In this document: in pieces, positions 9,436 to 23,106 of the stretch | Layout of the letters: every line of letters starts with the position of its first letter | Position numbering within the stretch: position 1 is the first letter of the stretch | Assembly: GCA_021613535.1 (NCBI GenBank) | Contig: CP075497.1 | Location: 1,426,001 to 1,490,000, forward strand | Origin: Adineta vaga | Lineage: Eukaryota > Animalia > Rotifera | Length of the DNA stretch: 64,000 nucleotides | Reading direction: 5' to 3' | Notes under the pieces: generated by a model | Told to the model about the DNA's origin: nothing | What the model saw: the letters and a program-made list of their open reading frames with translations, nothing else | Databases searched by the model: none | Translations under genes and position numbers: made by a program

Positions 9436-12400
9436 ATGTCTTTGCTGTCTGTAAAACATCTATTTGGTATTGAAACATCGAAATCGAATAGTGTTTTATA
9501 TTTAAATGAATATTGTTATATTTATCCATCGAATCGACATTTAATATTTTATAATATCGAATATAAATGTCAATATTTTATAAATTATGAGAATGAAGAT
9601 GATCGGTTTCATTGTTTATCGATAAGTCCAAATAAAGAATATTTCGCAATTGTTTTTTCTTCATCGAATAATAAATATCGAATAATTCTTTATAATATTA
9701 ATCAAAGAATTGAAATTCTTCCAAAGAAATTAAAAACATTTTTATTAAAATATTCAAATGAAATTATTTCAATTGTTTTTTCAACAAATTCCAAATATCT
9801 TTTGGCCATTTAGTAAGTTTAGTTATTTTCTTTTGATTATTTCTTCTCTTTTTTTAACAAAAATCAAAAGTGGTGGATCAGATTCTTTTTTGGTTTGTTG
9901 GTCAATTGAAGATTATAAATCAATGGAAATGATATCCCTTCATATAAATCATTCATATGATCCACTTAATTTACAAGTAAATTCAATTTTTCTTCGATGT
10001 TTAAAAAGATAAAAATGAAATTTCAATTGAAGATTTCATTTCATCCTCATGATCCATGTTTATTAATTATAACTGGAAATCATTTCTTTGAAGAATACCA
10101 TTTTAATAATGGAAGATTTACAAAAATCGAAAATGAATTTTTTCATCAATTAAATTTGTTCAATATAAATTGTCATTGTTGGTTAAATCAAAATTCTATT
10201 TTATTATCAATAGAAAATGAATTTTTATATTCAATAAATAAAAATGGACAGATTATTCAACAATATCAAATGTAAGTTTAATATTTGATGAAATAAAAAG
10301 CATTTTTTTCTTATTTAAATAGAAGAAAATTAAATGAAAGAAATGATTTATTAATTTCTTATGAAAATTCATCAAATAGAAAAGAAAAATCTATGAATAA
10401 TATTTCATTAAAAACATCTTTATCTTTAATTGATTTTAATGAAAAACAAAAACGAAGAAATTCTTTTCGATATTTAAATCTCTTGTCAAAAAATCATCAA
10501 AATATGATTTGTTTATTACCTTTTTCTCGTGGACTTTTTCTTTCAACATCGTAAGAAAAATATTTTGAGAATATTTCATTTTTTATATTTCTATTTAAGA
10601 TCAGGAGAAATTTTAATGTTTGAAAGAAATGAAAATAGTATTGAATTGAATTATTTAAGAAGATTTCTTTTACCAATATCTTCTTTTAATGATAAAAATT
10701 CATTTGTTAATTCCTTAACATTAAATCCAAATGAAGAAACTTTATTAATTACAATAAATTCGAATCATTTATATCAAATATCTCTTTCAAATTTAGTAAA
10801 TTCAATTCTAATCTCTTTCTGCATTTCATTGATCAGTCTAATAGGAAGATGAACTCGAATCTGATGTTAGTTTTTCTAAAATTGTATAAATGAATAGTTT
10901 GAAAACATGATTTCTACAAGATAGAGATAAGCGTTCACTTGTAAATCTAATGATAATTTAAATAGGATTATCGAAAACAAGATGAAAATATTTCATCAAA
11001 ATCTCTTCATAATGGTCATCGTGGATCAATTATTGATGGAGTTTTATGTTTATCAAAATCATTATTATTTACAATTGGAATTGATCGTTCAATTAAAATT
11101 TGGAATTATGAAACAAAGTTAAAAGAAAATTTGAAAATCTTTTTAAATTTATCTTCTTTTTTGTCTTTAGTAATGAAGAATTGACTTATGAATTTTCTCT
11201 TGATCCATTATTAATTAGTGTTCATCCAAATGGAATATTACTTTGTTTAGGATTTGAAAATAAAATTGAAATTTATTTGTATATAATTGATAATTTAATT
11301 CTTTTTAAACAAATTCAATTATTAAATATTCAATCTGTATGTGTTTTAGTTAAAATTTGATAAAGTTATTTCATTCTAGATTTTGTATTTTAGATTGAAT
11401 ATAGTCATCAAGGACATATTTTATGTTTGGCATTTAATAATAGAATTCAATTTCATCAACATTATAATTATGATGAATTTATTATTTGTGGAAAATTAAT
11501 AAATTCAAATAAAGTAAAGAATGTTTTGTTTTTCGTTTAAATTTATATTTATCTGAAAAACTTAGTTTCGATTAATTCGTTGGTCATCAAATGATGAATT
11601 TGTTCTTAGTATTGATTTAAATAATTTAATTATTCAATGGAATCCATATACTGGTGAACAATTATCACAAGTAAGTTTTATTTATTTATTTTTCATTTTA
11701 TTTCTTTTCTTTAAGTATCAGATCAAAGATTTCATTATTGAAGATTTCATTTTAACATCAGATAATAGATTTGCTTATATTTTAACAACGAATCATCAAA
11801 TAAAAGAATTCTTTTTAATGACAGTAAAACTCAATTCAAATTTGAAAAGAAAAATCTTTAAATAAATTTAGAATATTCGTGATTTGAATATTTTAATTGA
11901 TAAATCTTTTCCAAAAAAATTATTAATTGATAAAAGAAACAAATATTTATTTATCGGAACACAAAATGGTTCGATTTATTCATTGAAATTAACACAAACA
12001 AATATTATTCTTCATTCCGTATTAAATTCAATTCATCATGGTTCAATTCAAAAAGTAAAAAAAAAGATCCATAATGGAGAAAATGCAAAGCAGATGCTGA
12101 CAGCACCTCAGCATGAATGGATCATATTTCCGATCGAGCGTTTTTTCAATGCTCGTCTGTTTGGGCAAACACCTATTCGATTTTTGAATTTAGATATTAA
12201 TCACATATTCGAATGATTTATTAATAACAATTGGAAAAGATGGAAATATAATTTTAATAAATATCAATGATTATGAAGAAAATCAAGATAAAAAAATGTT
12301 TTATCGTGATGAAATTCTTTTACGAGAAATATTTCTTAAAGAAAAAGTAAAACAAAATTTCGTTTTTCTCTTTCTAAATCAAAATTTGTTTTTAGAATTT

Positions 12401-14476
12401 CGAATTAAATAAATTATTAAAATATCAAATTGAAATGTCAAATGAATATGAAAATGAAATGACAAAAATCGACAAAGAATATGATGAATATTTTATACAA
12501 TTAAATAATTATTATAAAAAACTTCTTGATGAAATTAATTCGAATTTGAATTATTTAAAAAATCATCAAAAGATTTCTCAAAATCAATCTAAAGAAAAAC
12601 TTAAAGATTTTCAAGAAAATTCTCAAAATCAAATGGAAAATTTTCTTGAAAAGAAAAAGATTTCCTATGAAAAATCTTTAATAAATAATGAATTTATTAA
12701 ATCAAACATTCAATTCATTGAAATAGAACAAAAGAAAATCAATCAAATCAATTCTTATTCTTATCAAACAAATATTCGTTCAATTCATTTACAATTTACA
12801 AATCAAAGAAAACAAATTCAAAAGAATTTTTCTCATGTAAAAGTTTCTTTCTATTAACAATTGAGAGAAAAGTGTTGATTGCATCGTTTGAATAGAAAAA
12901 TGAAGAAATTAACAAAGAAATCAATTATTTAAAACAATTTGAAAATTATTTCAATGAAATTTGTGAAATTGAATTAAGAAATTTGAAAAAGTTTTATGAA
13001 GAAAAATTTCAAAAGATTATTAAAGAAGTTGAAGAATTGGAAAATGAAGAGATTTTATTGAATATTCGAGTAAACAATCGTTTTTCTTTGAAACTTTAAG
13101 TTAAAAAACAAATGAATTTAGATAGAACAATTTGAAAAAGAATCTTTTGATAATGAAAATCAAATGAAAAGTTATTTGAAAGAACAAAATGAATTAATTA
13201 ATGAAATTAATCAAATAAATCAAGATTTAATTTTAGTTAAACAAGTTTTTCAACAGAGATATTTTATTATTCAAGAAAAAGTTGATATTCTCTATTTATT
13301 TAGAAAATTTCTAATTGAATTTTCTTAGTTAAAACGAACAAATGATATGGAAAATCGACGAGATGAATTAGAAAAATTTGTTTATGTTTTTAATTATAAA
13401 ATTTATCAATTAAAAAAAGAAATTCTTCCACGAGAAAATGAATTAAATCATTTAATTCAACAATTTAATAATGTTCCTTTTTTTTTCTCTTATCTTTCTT
13501 TTCGTTATTTTATTTTGTATTTAGATGAACTCAGAATATGATGTTTTAAATGAAAATAATCAAAAATATTTTATTCAAATATCAGATTATCAAGCAAGAT
13601 TTCAAGCTATTCAATTCGATTTAAATCAACAAATTCATTTCGTAAAAAGATCATATTTGATTTCTTTTCAAATTCGTTTTTTTTTGTTTTTCAAAGATAC
13701 GAAAATTAAATGAAATATCCGAATATATTAAAGAAGATTTTAGAAATTTATTTCATCTTCTTAATCAACCAAAACAATTAACTAATTTTATTAAAATTAT
13801 GTATCAAAAATATATTCTCAATCAACAAGTAAGATTTTTATCGAAATTAGAGTGTGGGTGTGGGAATGAAGACTGAACACCTACCCGGATACGAGCCTGT
13901 TTTTATAGCAATTTCTCGTTTTTGTTTTTTAGAAAGAAAGAAATTCTGGTGAATTGAATATGTTTGATGATGATCGACAAAGAAATTATTTTGAAAAAAC
14001 AAATAAAAGATTGCAAAGAAAAATCTACAATGATATTTCAAAAGAAAAATTTCAAGAAATTCATCGAATTAAAGTTTCTTTTTTATTTTATTAAATAAAT
14101 TTTCCTTTTGAAAGAAAATCGTTTTTAGGAACAAATTAATTTAATGCGTGAAATTTCATCTTACGTGATAAAAATGATTTCTTTGGAAAGAATTTTCATC
14201 GATTTAGATATTGTATCAACTATCGCAATTGAAAAAAATCTTTTTACAAAAACTTCACTTATACAAATAATTCAATTAGAAAAAAATTCAAATTTTATTG
14301 AAAATAAACAAAATCAATTGAATTTCATTTTAAATAAACAACAAAAACGAATTCAACAATTGAAATATTCAATTAATATTTTAGAAAAACACTTACAACA
14401 AACTTTACATGAACATCAACTAGAATTTCATCAAATCTTTCCTCTTCAATCCAATCATAAAGAAATAGTTTCTTAG
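9436..14476 (+). CDS. CFAP57: Divergent cilia- and flagella-associated protein 57-like (WD40 + coiled coil), multi-exon
   Basis: N-terminal WD40 exons (IYPSNRHLIFYNIE, TIGIDRSIKIWNYET) and a coiled coil with ELEKFVYVFNYKIYQLKKEILPRENE, resembling the CFAP57/WDR65 [26 protein letters not shown] motif. Many short introns. Intactness of every exon was not verified. Confidence 0.75.
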
Positions 14477-14574
14477 TCTTCGTTTAATCACCAACAATAG
14501 TAAAAAAACAATCAAGAATACTTTTATTTTTCTTTGAATAAAATATCTCCTTCTATAATAAATAAAGAATTCAT

Positions 14575-15834
14575 TTATGAACGAAGAAAAGCATAAATTC
14601 CATTATGAGCATTTGCAGTAAATAATGAATAATTGTCATCGAGTTCAAAATTATATGGAGAATATGTGAGTAATGGTAAAAGATTTGTATAATTAATCAT
14701 ATTCATTGTTTGAAATGTTGAATAAAAAGAATCATCTTCAATAAAGACAACTATTTGTTGTTTATTATTAAACGATAATGCCCATAAACGATTACATTTA
14801 TCAAGAAGAATTGATGTTGGACTAATCCATGGCATTTGATATTGATCTAATATCATTCCAGAAACAAGTGATATTCCATGTAATGATAATTCTATTCGAT
14901 ATAACATACCATACTGATCTGTTAAATATAATCTCATATTCATTGAATCTAATGCCATAACTACATGTGGTGAAGGAAATGAAATACTAAAAAATTTATA
15001 AAGTAATATACTAGTATTTGTTTGTGTCAGTAAAACATAAACATTATTCGAACTAGTTACATAATATAGAATATCTTCATTTAAAACAGCTAAACATTGT
15101 GGTGTACCTGCAGTATTTGTGCTATAACTTTTGATTAATTCTGGTTTATCATATCCTGAATTTACATCAAATTGAAATTGTCGAACTTGAATTGTATTTA
15201 TTACATTACAACAAATATATAATAAATTATTAAATGATCGAGCACAAAGTGGTGAACAAGTTATTGGAGAAAATGTATCATTTTGATAAATCTATTAATA
15301 AAATGAGGAGATTCTTTCATTAGATTTAGTTATATTTACTTGTAATGGATTGATATTAAATATAAAATATGAAAAATTCATTGCATCAACAGCTAAAAGA
15401 CGACTTTGATTATTTATTATCATGATAAGGACACTTATTATTTGATATGATGGTAATGCTCGATATGAGTTGGCAGCTGAATAATTCGTATAATTTAATA
15501 AAGGATCTGGTAATGATAAATTACATTGTCTATCTAATGAATTAATTTCATATAAACCAGTTTGATCCAAATTATTTGATAAAGTATAATTAATTATATT
15601 GGGTTTATTGCCAAATATAGAATAAATTTGACATAATGATGAAGAATTCAATGATAAATAAGCAAAATAACCACAATTATATGAATTTAAACATTGACAA
15701 AGACATGAATCTAATGATGAAATATTTGTTCCATTTGTTAATTCAATTTCAACGGAATAATATGTTATATTTAATCCAAATACATATTCATTTAAATTCA
15801 GACAAATACTTAAGAAAAATAATACTTTCATCAT
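14575..15834 (-). CDS. Secreted protein: signal peptide, PAN/apple-like Cys module and beta-propeller-like C-terminal region (2 exons)
   Basis: An intron at ~15292-15340 (GTAAAT...AATAG) joins ORF 15295-15834 in phase 0 to an open frame running to 14575. CLCQC...CGYFAY...CQIY pattern and a hydrophobic N-terminus. Confidence 0.65.
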
Positions 15835-16051
15835 CAGAGAACTTATTTGGAGAATTCATAAGAATAAAAAAATACATAATTTTGTATTTTCTTCCTACCT
15901 TTTTATAATTCTATTTTTCATGATCGACAAAAGTTCGTGTAAATATTGAAGAGAAATACAAACAATATATTCTATAAAATATTAATGAATCAATAAGAAA
16001 TTCTATTATTTACGTTATTGAAAATGACCGAATCATTTGATTGATTCTATA

Positions 16052-16229
16052 TTAATCAAAATCGTCGGAAACACAAAAATAAGTTCACCTTTCAATTACA
16101 TGTACATCAATCTTTAAGTACATTTTTAGTTATTTAGAGATTTCATTCAGATGATTGAATGAAAAAGATAACACTAACATATTTTTTGCATCGTGTATTC
16201 TTAGTGAAGTATTCTCATGTATATAGGAT
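16052..16229 (+). repeat. Copy A of a ~175-bp direct repeat (copy B at 22429-22604)
   Basis: Collinear match, e.g. caaaaataagttcacctt..caattacatgta and tagtgaagtattctcatgtatataggat occur in both copies. Confidence 0.9.
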
Positions 16230-16249
16230 GATCTAAAACAGAGATGACA

Positions 16250-16421
16250 GATGTAAAAGTAAAAAATCCGGAACGTCTGATAACTCTGGACCACGCGTAC
16301 CCCGCTATGATCTTTCTCTGTACCTAGTGAAGTACCATGGAAAGTTTCGTGGCCGTAGCTATGACAGGGATGAACACATAGCGAACAGGCAAACAAACAT
16401 TCTTCTTTATATATATATAGA
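16250..16421 (-). mobile_element. Helitron-like non-autonomous element, 5' fragment
   Basis: The minus strand begins A|TCTATATATATATAAAGAAGAATGTTTGTTTGCCTGTTCGCTATG, the TC-start plus TATA-rich pattern of non-autonomous Helitrons. It is GC-richer than its flanks. No CTRR 3' end was found. Confidence 0.5.
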
Positions 16422-16506
16422 TATGGATAAAAAAGAAACAGTTTTGAAAAATTTCTATGAACCTTGAATTTATTTGATAGATAAATTATTGAAGAAAGAA
16501 ATAAAA

Positions 16507-19500
16507 TTAACAAGTTTGTAAATAAATGCTTAAACTGTCAGTGCCTTCATTTGCAACAGCAAAATCCAATTTTCCATCATTATTAAAATCACTAATAGAA
16601 ATTGCAGCTGGTTGTGAACCATAAGGTAATGCAAATAAAATAATATCATCAAATGTTCCATCACCATGTCCAAGAAAAACACCAAATTTATTATTATTAG
16701 AATTAACAACGATAATATCAATTTTCGTATCATTATTAAAATCACCAGTTTCTACAGAAGACGGAGATGAAGATGAACCAGTTGAATATGTTGTTTGATT
16801 TGTAAATGAACCATTTCCGTAGCCCAAAAAAATACCAATATTGTCAGAATTAGAATTAGCACTAACTATATCCAAGTACGTATCATTATTGAAATGACCA
16901 GTTGCGATAGAAGACGGAGATGATGATGAGCCAGTTGAATATGTTATTTGATCTGTAAAAGTAAAATTTCCATATCCAAGAAAAACACCAATATTATCAG
17001 TACCATTATTAGCTACGATAATATCCATATATTGATCATCATTAAAATCATTAATAACAAATGATTGTGAATTCGAATTATTACCCGTTACAAGCGTTGT
17101 TTGTGTTCTAAAAACTATATTTGGACAACCAAACATAACAACAACATTGTTATCAGCTGCATTTGCTACAACAATATCAAGTTGAGTATCATTATTTAGA
17201 TAAGCAATAGCTACAGATTGTGGACCAGATCCAGTTATATATGTAATTTGAGTAGCAAATGATCCATCACCATATCCTAACAAAACACTAACATAATTGG
17301 TACCAAGATTCGCGACAATTATATCTTGATAACCATCATTATTAAAATCACCAATAGCTAAAGATTCCGGAAGAATACCTACTGTAAAGTTTTTCTTATC
17401 ATGGAAAGATCCATTACCATATCCGAGAAGAACAGTTATCGTTCTAAAGCCCAAAGTAGTCGCAACAATATCCACTCGATTGTCATTATTCAGATCTCCG
17501 ACAGCTAATGAGTATGGACGTGAGTCTACTGAATATGTAACTTGTTGTGTAAATGTACCATTACCAAATCCTAAGAAAATGCCAACATTACTAAGACCAT
17601 AATTAGCAATAGCAATATCCAATTGTGTATCATTATTAAAATCAGCAATAGCAACAGATCTTGGATCAGAACCATTTGTATAGATAGTTTTTGTTTCAAA
17701 TGAACTATTACCATATCCTTGTAATATATAAATAATGTCAATACCATAGGTAACAACTAGATCTAATTTTTTATCATGATTAAAATCAGCCATTGCTACA
17801 AACGTTGAACTAGTACCAATAAAATATGTCAGAGGATTTGTAAAGGTACCGTCACCTTTACCCAATAAAATATAAATATCGTTACCATCATTATTAGTAA
17901 CAACAATATCCACTCGATTATCATTATCAAGATCACCAACAGCTAAAGAAGTTGGCTGAAAATCAAGTGAATATGTCAATTGATCTGCAAAACTACCATT
18001 ACTATATCCCAAGAGAATACTTAAACTATTAGAATCATAATTAACAGTAACAATATCAATGTAACTATCGTTGTTAATATAGTCAAGAACTAATTGTCGT
18101 GGATTTAAATCAGTAAAATATTTCTTTTGATCTCTAAAAGATCCAGTATTGTATGTAGTAAGTATATCAATACTATTACCATCACTGTATCCAACAACAA
18201 CTTCTGATTGTCTATCGTTATTAAAATCACCAGCTGAAATAATGAATGGAGGATATGTCGAAAGAATTTGATAAATTTGTTGACGAATAAATGATCCTTG
18301 ACCATCACCAAGTAATATTCCCACTTGTATATCATTAACAAGAGCGACTGCAATATCTAATTGAGTATCATTATTGAAATAACCAGTAGTCACTGATATT
18401 GGTCGAGAATTTGAATTCATATTAATCATGATTTGATCAAGAAAACTAACATTATCATTTCCAAAAAGAATTCCAATATTATTAGTTCCATAATTAGCAA
18501 CAACAATATCTGTATGAGAATCGTTATTTAGATCAGCAACAATCATCGATTGTAATCGAGAACCATCACCAGATGCATATGATAGTTCATTTGTAAGAGC
18601 ACCATCGTTATTCTGAAGTAATACTTTCAGATAATTAGTACTATTATCTGTTACAATAATATCCAATCGTGCATCATTATTCAAATCTCCAAGAGTTACA
18701 GAGTATGAATATGCTTTCGTATTATATGATATTGCATTGCTAAATGAACCGTCACCATTTCCAAATAAAATATATACACTCGATACAGTCGCACAAGCAA
18801 TAACAAGATCTAGTTGTGTATCATTATTAATATCATTGATGACTATAGATACCGGTGAACTACCTATTCCATATGTAACTTGTGGTATAAAAGAACTATT
18901 ACCATAGCCTAAAAAAACACTAACAGTACCACTACCATAATTAGCAACAACAATATCCATTCGATTGTCATTATTCAAATCATTAACTGCAACAAAATAT
19001 GGTCTCGTACCAGTTGAATATATCAATTGATCTACAAAACTTCCATTACCAAATCCCAAAAGAATACTAATACTTTTATCATTATAATTAACGATAACTA
19101 AATCAAGATGATTATCATTATTGAAATCTTCAATAGCTACAGATCGTGGTCTTGAACCAGTTGAATATCTTATTTCATTTGTAAAATAATCATTATCATA
19201 TCCTAAAAAAATACTAACACTATTATTACCATAATTAGTAACAACAATATCTAATTGATAATCATGATTAAAATCAGCAATAGCAACAGATGTTGGATTA
19301 ATACCAGTTGAATATATTTGTTGAGTTTGAAATGTTCCATTACCATTTCCAAAAAAGATATAAATATTATGACTATCTGTATTAGTAACAACAATATCTA
19401 TATTTGTATCATTATTTAAATCATTAAGTGCTAATGAAGATGGATTAGAATCCGTTAAATAATCTATTAAATATGTAAATAATCCATCATTATTTCCAAG

Positions 19501-21267
19501 AAGAATTATTATTGTATTATTTGTATTACTAATAATTATCATATCTAATATTGTATCTTTATTTAAATCATTCAGCGTAACAAATATTGATCGATAATTA
19601 ATATCCAAATATGTTGAAAGTGAAAAACCTTGAAAATAACCTTTAAGAATATCAATACTATTAGTCATATTATTAATAATAATTGCATCTAATCGATTAT
19701 CTTTATTATAATCACATAAAGCAAATGAAATTGAAGATGTAGATAAAGTTGAATTCATAATTGGATCATGAAATGTTCCATTACCATATCCTAAAAGTAA
19801 ACCAAAATTCAATGGTCCAATATTAACAATAAATAAATCTAATCGATTATCTCCATTAAAATCACCAATACCAATTGAATATGGTAAAGCCAATTCTGAA
19901 TCTATTAAATAAAAATCTTGTTGAATAAAAGTTTGATTAATATCATTTAAAAGAATATAAATCATATTTGTACCAGAATTTGTAATAGCAATATCAAGAT
20001 ATTCATCGGAATTAAAATGTCCAATAGCAACGGATGTTGGTTGAGAATTAATTCCAGTTGAAATAATTAATTCATTTTCTACTATATTATTATTATTAAA
20101 AAATAAAATTTGAATATTATTTGTTCCATAATTTGCAATAATAATATCTAAATAATAATCATTATTTAAATCATTTATAGTTAATGAATATGGATATGAA
20201 TCATAACCAGTTGAATAAGATATTATTTTTGAATTAAAATCATTTCCATAATAAATTGAAATAGAATTTGTTCCATAATTAATAATAATAATATCAATAA
20301 ATGTATCATTATTAAAATCAATTAAATTAATTGTTAATGGACGTGATATTCCTGTTGAAATTTCAATTTGATTTTGAAAATATCCATTACCATGACCATA
20401 AAATATACCAATTGAATGTCTATTATAATTTGCAACGACAATATCCAAATAAAAATCTTTATTAAGATCGCTAACAGCAACCATAATTGGTTTTGAATTA
20501 ATACCAGTTGAATATTGATTTTCTTTTGTAAAATTTCCATATTTATTTCCAAAATAAATTCCTATATGATTAACAATAGAATTTGCTATAACCATATCAA
20601 TCCAACTATCATTATTAAAATCACCAATCGCCACAGATCTTGGTCCATAATTATAATCAATTGGATTTTTAATAGTTCGTTCAAAATTTAATTCACATTG
20701 TGATACTAAACAATACAAAAAAGAATATCTTTCTTATAGAATATGAATAAAATACAGTAAAACTTCTCTATAATGGAGAGATGTGATATTTTCTGGACAT
20801 CTGAAGATTATTAGGGAATAAGATGGAACGCTACTGTTTATCATTATTGCTCTCAAAGAACGAGTAGTTGTTAAAATATAATCAAAACTTATTGACACGA
20901 TTAGACTTTTCAAAAATCTTCATCATAGAGCGTTATCCATTATAGAAAGTGTCCATTATGAGAGATTCTACTGTATACTTTTTTCTTTTGGTGCATTTAG
21001 ACAAACAATAATAATTCCACTTATCATCATAATACAAAATAATATGAAATAATGATAATATTTACTAAGAGAAATAAAATAAAATAATTCGAAGAAAATT
21101 AATATAAAAACAAAACGAACAAATTCCATGAAGATTGAAATTTCTTTTCATTAATTTTATATTGTTCACGATCAACATTTTCATTTGTTGAAATTATTTC
21201 AATCTTAATATAAAAAGTTTTAAATCAAATCATTTTCTTTTCATTTAATTGTTCTTACTTTATTCAT
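16507..21267 (-). CDS. Type II membrane protein with 28 FG-GAP/VCBS-like repeats (about four 7-bladed propellers), 4 exons
   Basis: A 4.2-kb intronless exon carries 28 (D)xNxDxxxD motifs. Three small upstream exons splice in frame: MNK|IEIISTNENVDREQYKINEKKFQSSWNF|KYYHYFILFCIMMISGIIIVCLNAPKEK|ISQCELNF. ATG at 21267. Confidence 0.85.
20755..20973. mobile_element. Tc1/pogo-like MITE in an intron of the FG-GAP gene
   Basis: TA|cagtaaaacttctctataatgga ... tccattatgagagattctactg|TA: ~22-bp imperfect TIRs and a TA duplication. Confidence 0.85.
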
Positions 21268-21401
21268 ATTGTATAAAAACATTTTATAAAGCAAGTTTGA
21301 TGAGTATTTATCTTTTCTATATTGATCATTCAAGCGTAATATTACTTTTATTTTTTCAATCAAAAGAAATCTCTCTTCTTCGTTTTCGTTTATATCTTAA
21401 C

Positions 21402-21639
21402 TAGGAGTGACACTTTAACTTTGCTTTAATGTAAAAGTTACAGTCGCTTGAATTTCATTGATTTTCCAATTATTTTGATGTTAAATAGATTGCAGCAAGG
21501 GGGAAAAGACGGATCCTGGGATCTACTGTTTCCTCCTGGTATTGCAGTTATTCTTTGTAGTATCGTTGTGTGAATTAGAGCAGGTAGAAGTATCAAAACA
21601 AATAGCTAAGTTTACTTTAAAGTTAAAGTACCATCCCTA
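21402..21639. mobile_element. hAT-like MITE ~135 bp upstream of the FG-GAP start codon
   Basis: TIRs taggagtgacactttaacttt / aaagttaaagtaccatcccta, with 8-bp flanks atcttaac / atgttaac (7/8 identical). Confidence 0.75.
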
Positions 21640-22263
21640 ATGTTAACTAAATGGTAGATTATCCAGGATTTATCTATAAAATAAAAAGAAAATGACTTTT
21701 AACCTGAATAATTTATAAAAATGTCAAATTATTTCGTGATAATATAATATTGCAACGTCATTACAGGTAAATCACGTTTTTTTAACCTTTATTGGCCATG
21801 TTTATGTCACGTTTTTTCTCAATTATGTTTGATTAAACTTTAATTGGTAAAACAAAAGAAAGTGTTTCTTTTAACGATTTTATAATATTTTATTTTAAAT
21901 GTGATAATTAACAATGAAATACTTTCTCTCTCTTCACTTCAATTTTTAACATTTATTTTTATTCGATATTAAATTTTATTGAATTATATATTAATCTTTG
22001 TTAAATATTCACGTCAATTCATTTTCTCATAGAATCATAAATACAATGATAATATTTCTATCGACATGCTTGAGTGAATAATTTACCTTGTAGAAAAAAT
22101 TTCTTTGTATCATCACATTCATTCGCAACATTCGGTCAAATATATAAATATTTTTGTAAACAAAAGTATCATTGAAGATGTGGGTGTTTGAAGATGCGTC
22201 TTCTCTTTACTCTCACTCTCACCCTTTTTAGTCATCGAAAATCTTTAACATCGAACAGAAAAT

Positions 22264-22604
22264 ATGTCTTTATTATCTTTGAAATATATTTTTCGTGTAA
22301 AAACATCGAATCGAAATAATATTGAATATTTCAATGATACATTGAATAAATCTCGAATCATTCTTTATAAAATTAATCATGAAGAATTTCATCGATATTC
22401 TTCATTAAATATCACTTGTCATTGTTGGTTAATCAAAATCATTGAAAAAACAAAAATAAGTTCACCTTGCAATTACATGTAGATTAATCTTTAAGTGCAG
22501 TTTTAGTTGTTTAGAAATTTCATTCAAATGATCGGATGGAAAAGATGATACTAACAATCTTTGGATCGTGTGTCCGTAGTGAAGTATTCTCATGTATATA
22601 GGAT
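22264..22604 (+). pseudogene. Internally deleted relic of the CFAP57-like gene fused to copy B of the 16052-16229 repeat
   Basis: MSLLSLKYIF...NKSRIILYKIN...NITCHCWL aligns with three separated parts of 9436-10195 (MSLLSVKHLF, NKYRIILYNIN, NINCHCWL) and then runs directly into the repeat. Confidence 0.8.
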
Positions 22605-23106
22605 ATTCCAAAAGCGCCTGGAACACTTGCTATTTTATCAAATACTGATTGTAAACTTATAAAATGAGAATAACTACCCAATTGTCGAATTAAATAACCA
22701 ACTAATTAAAAATCTAACGGTGCTATGTCATGTAAATGAGGCATCATCATTATTGACTTCTTTTTCTTGAAGAAATGTTTTAATAACCATTGTTTTCCAT
22801 GTAGGATCTTACATTGTTATGATGTTGCCAGATATTGTCAAAAAAAGGTTTTAGACAATTTTCTTTCTAATAAACACTAGATATCGAATACTAATGTGTG
22901 CATTTTCATCCAACAATATATGAACAAATAGCTTTGATCAGTTTGAATGAAGTTTTATCTCAATTAAAACGTTGCGCCCAATCAGCTACCGTACGATATT
23001 CTAACCATAGATAAAAGACTGAAAATAATTAATTTTATTTCTTGAATAAACATAATTTAAAATAGAAATTCATGCAATAAAAGCAAAATGAAAATTTATC
23101 TTCAAA

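Noticed and set aside
16507-20718. Integrin alpha, or a bacterial contaminant contig
   Set aside because: There are no thigh/calf domains or GFFKR tail. The exon is spliced to upstream exons and flanked by intron-rich metazoan genes.
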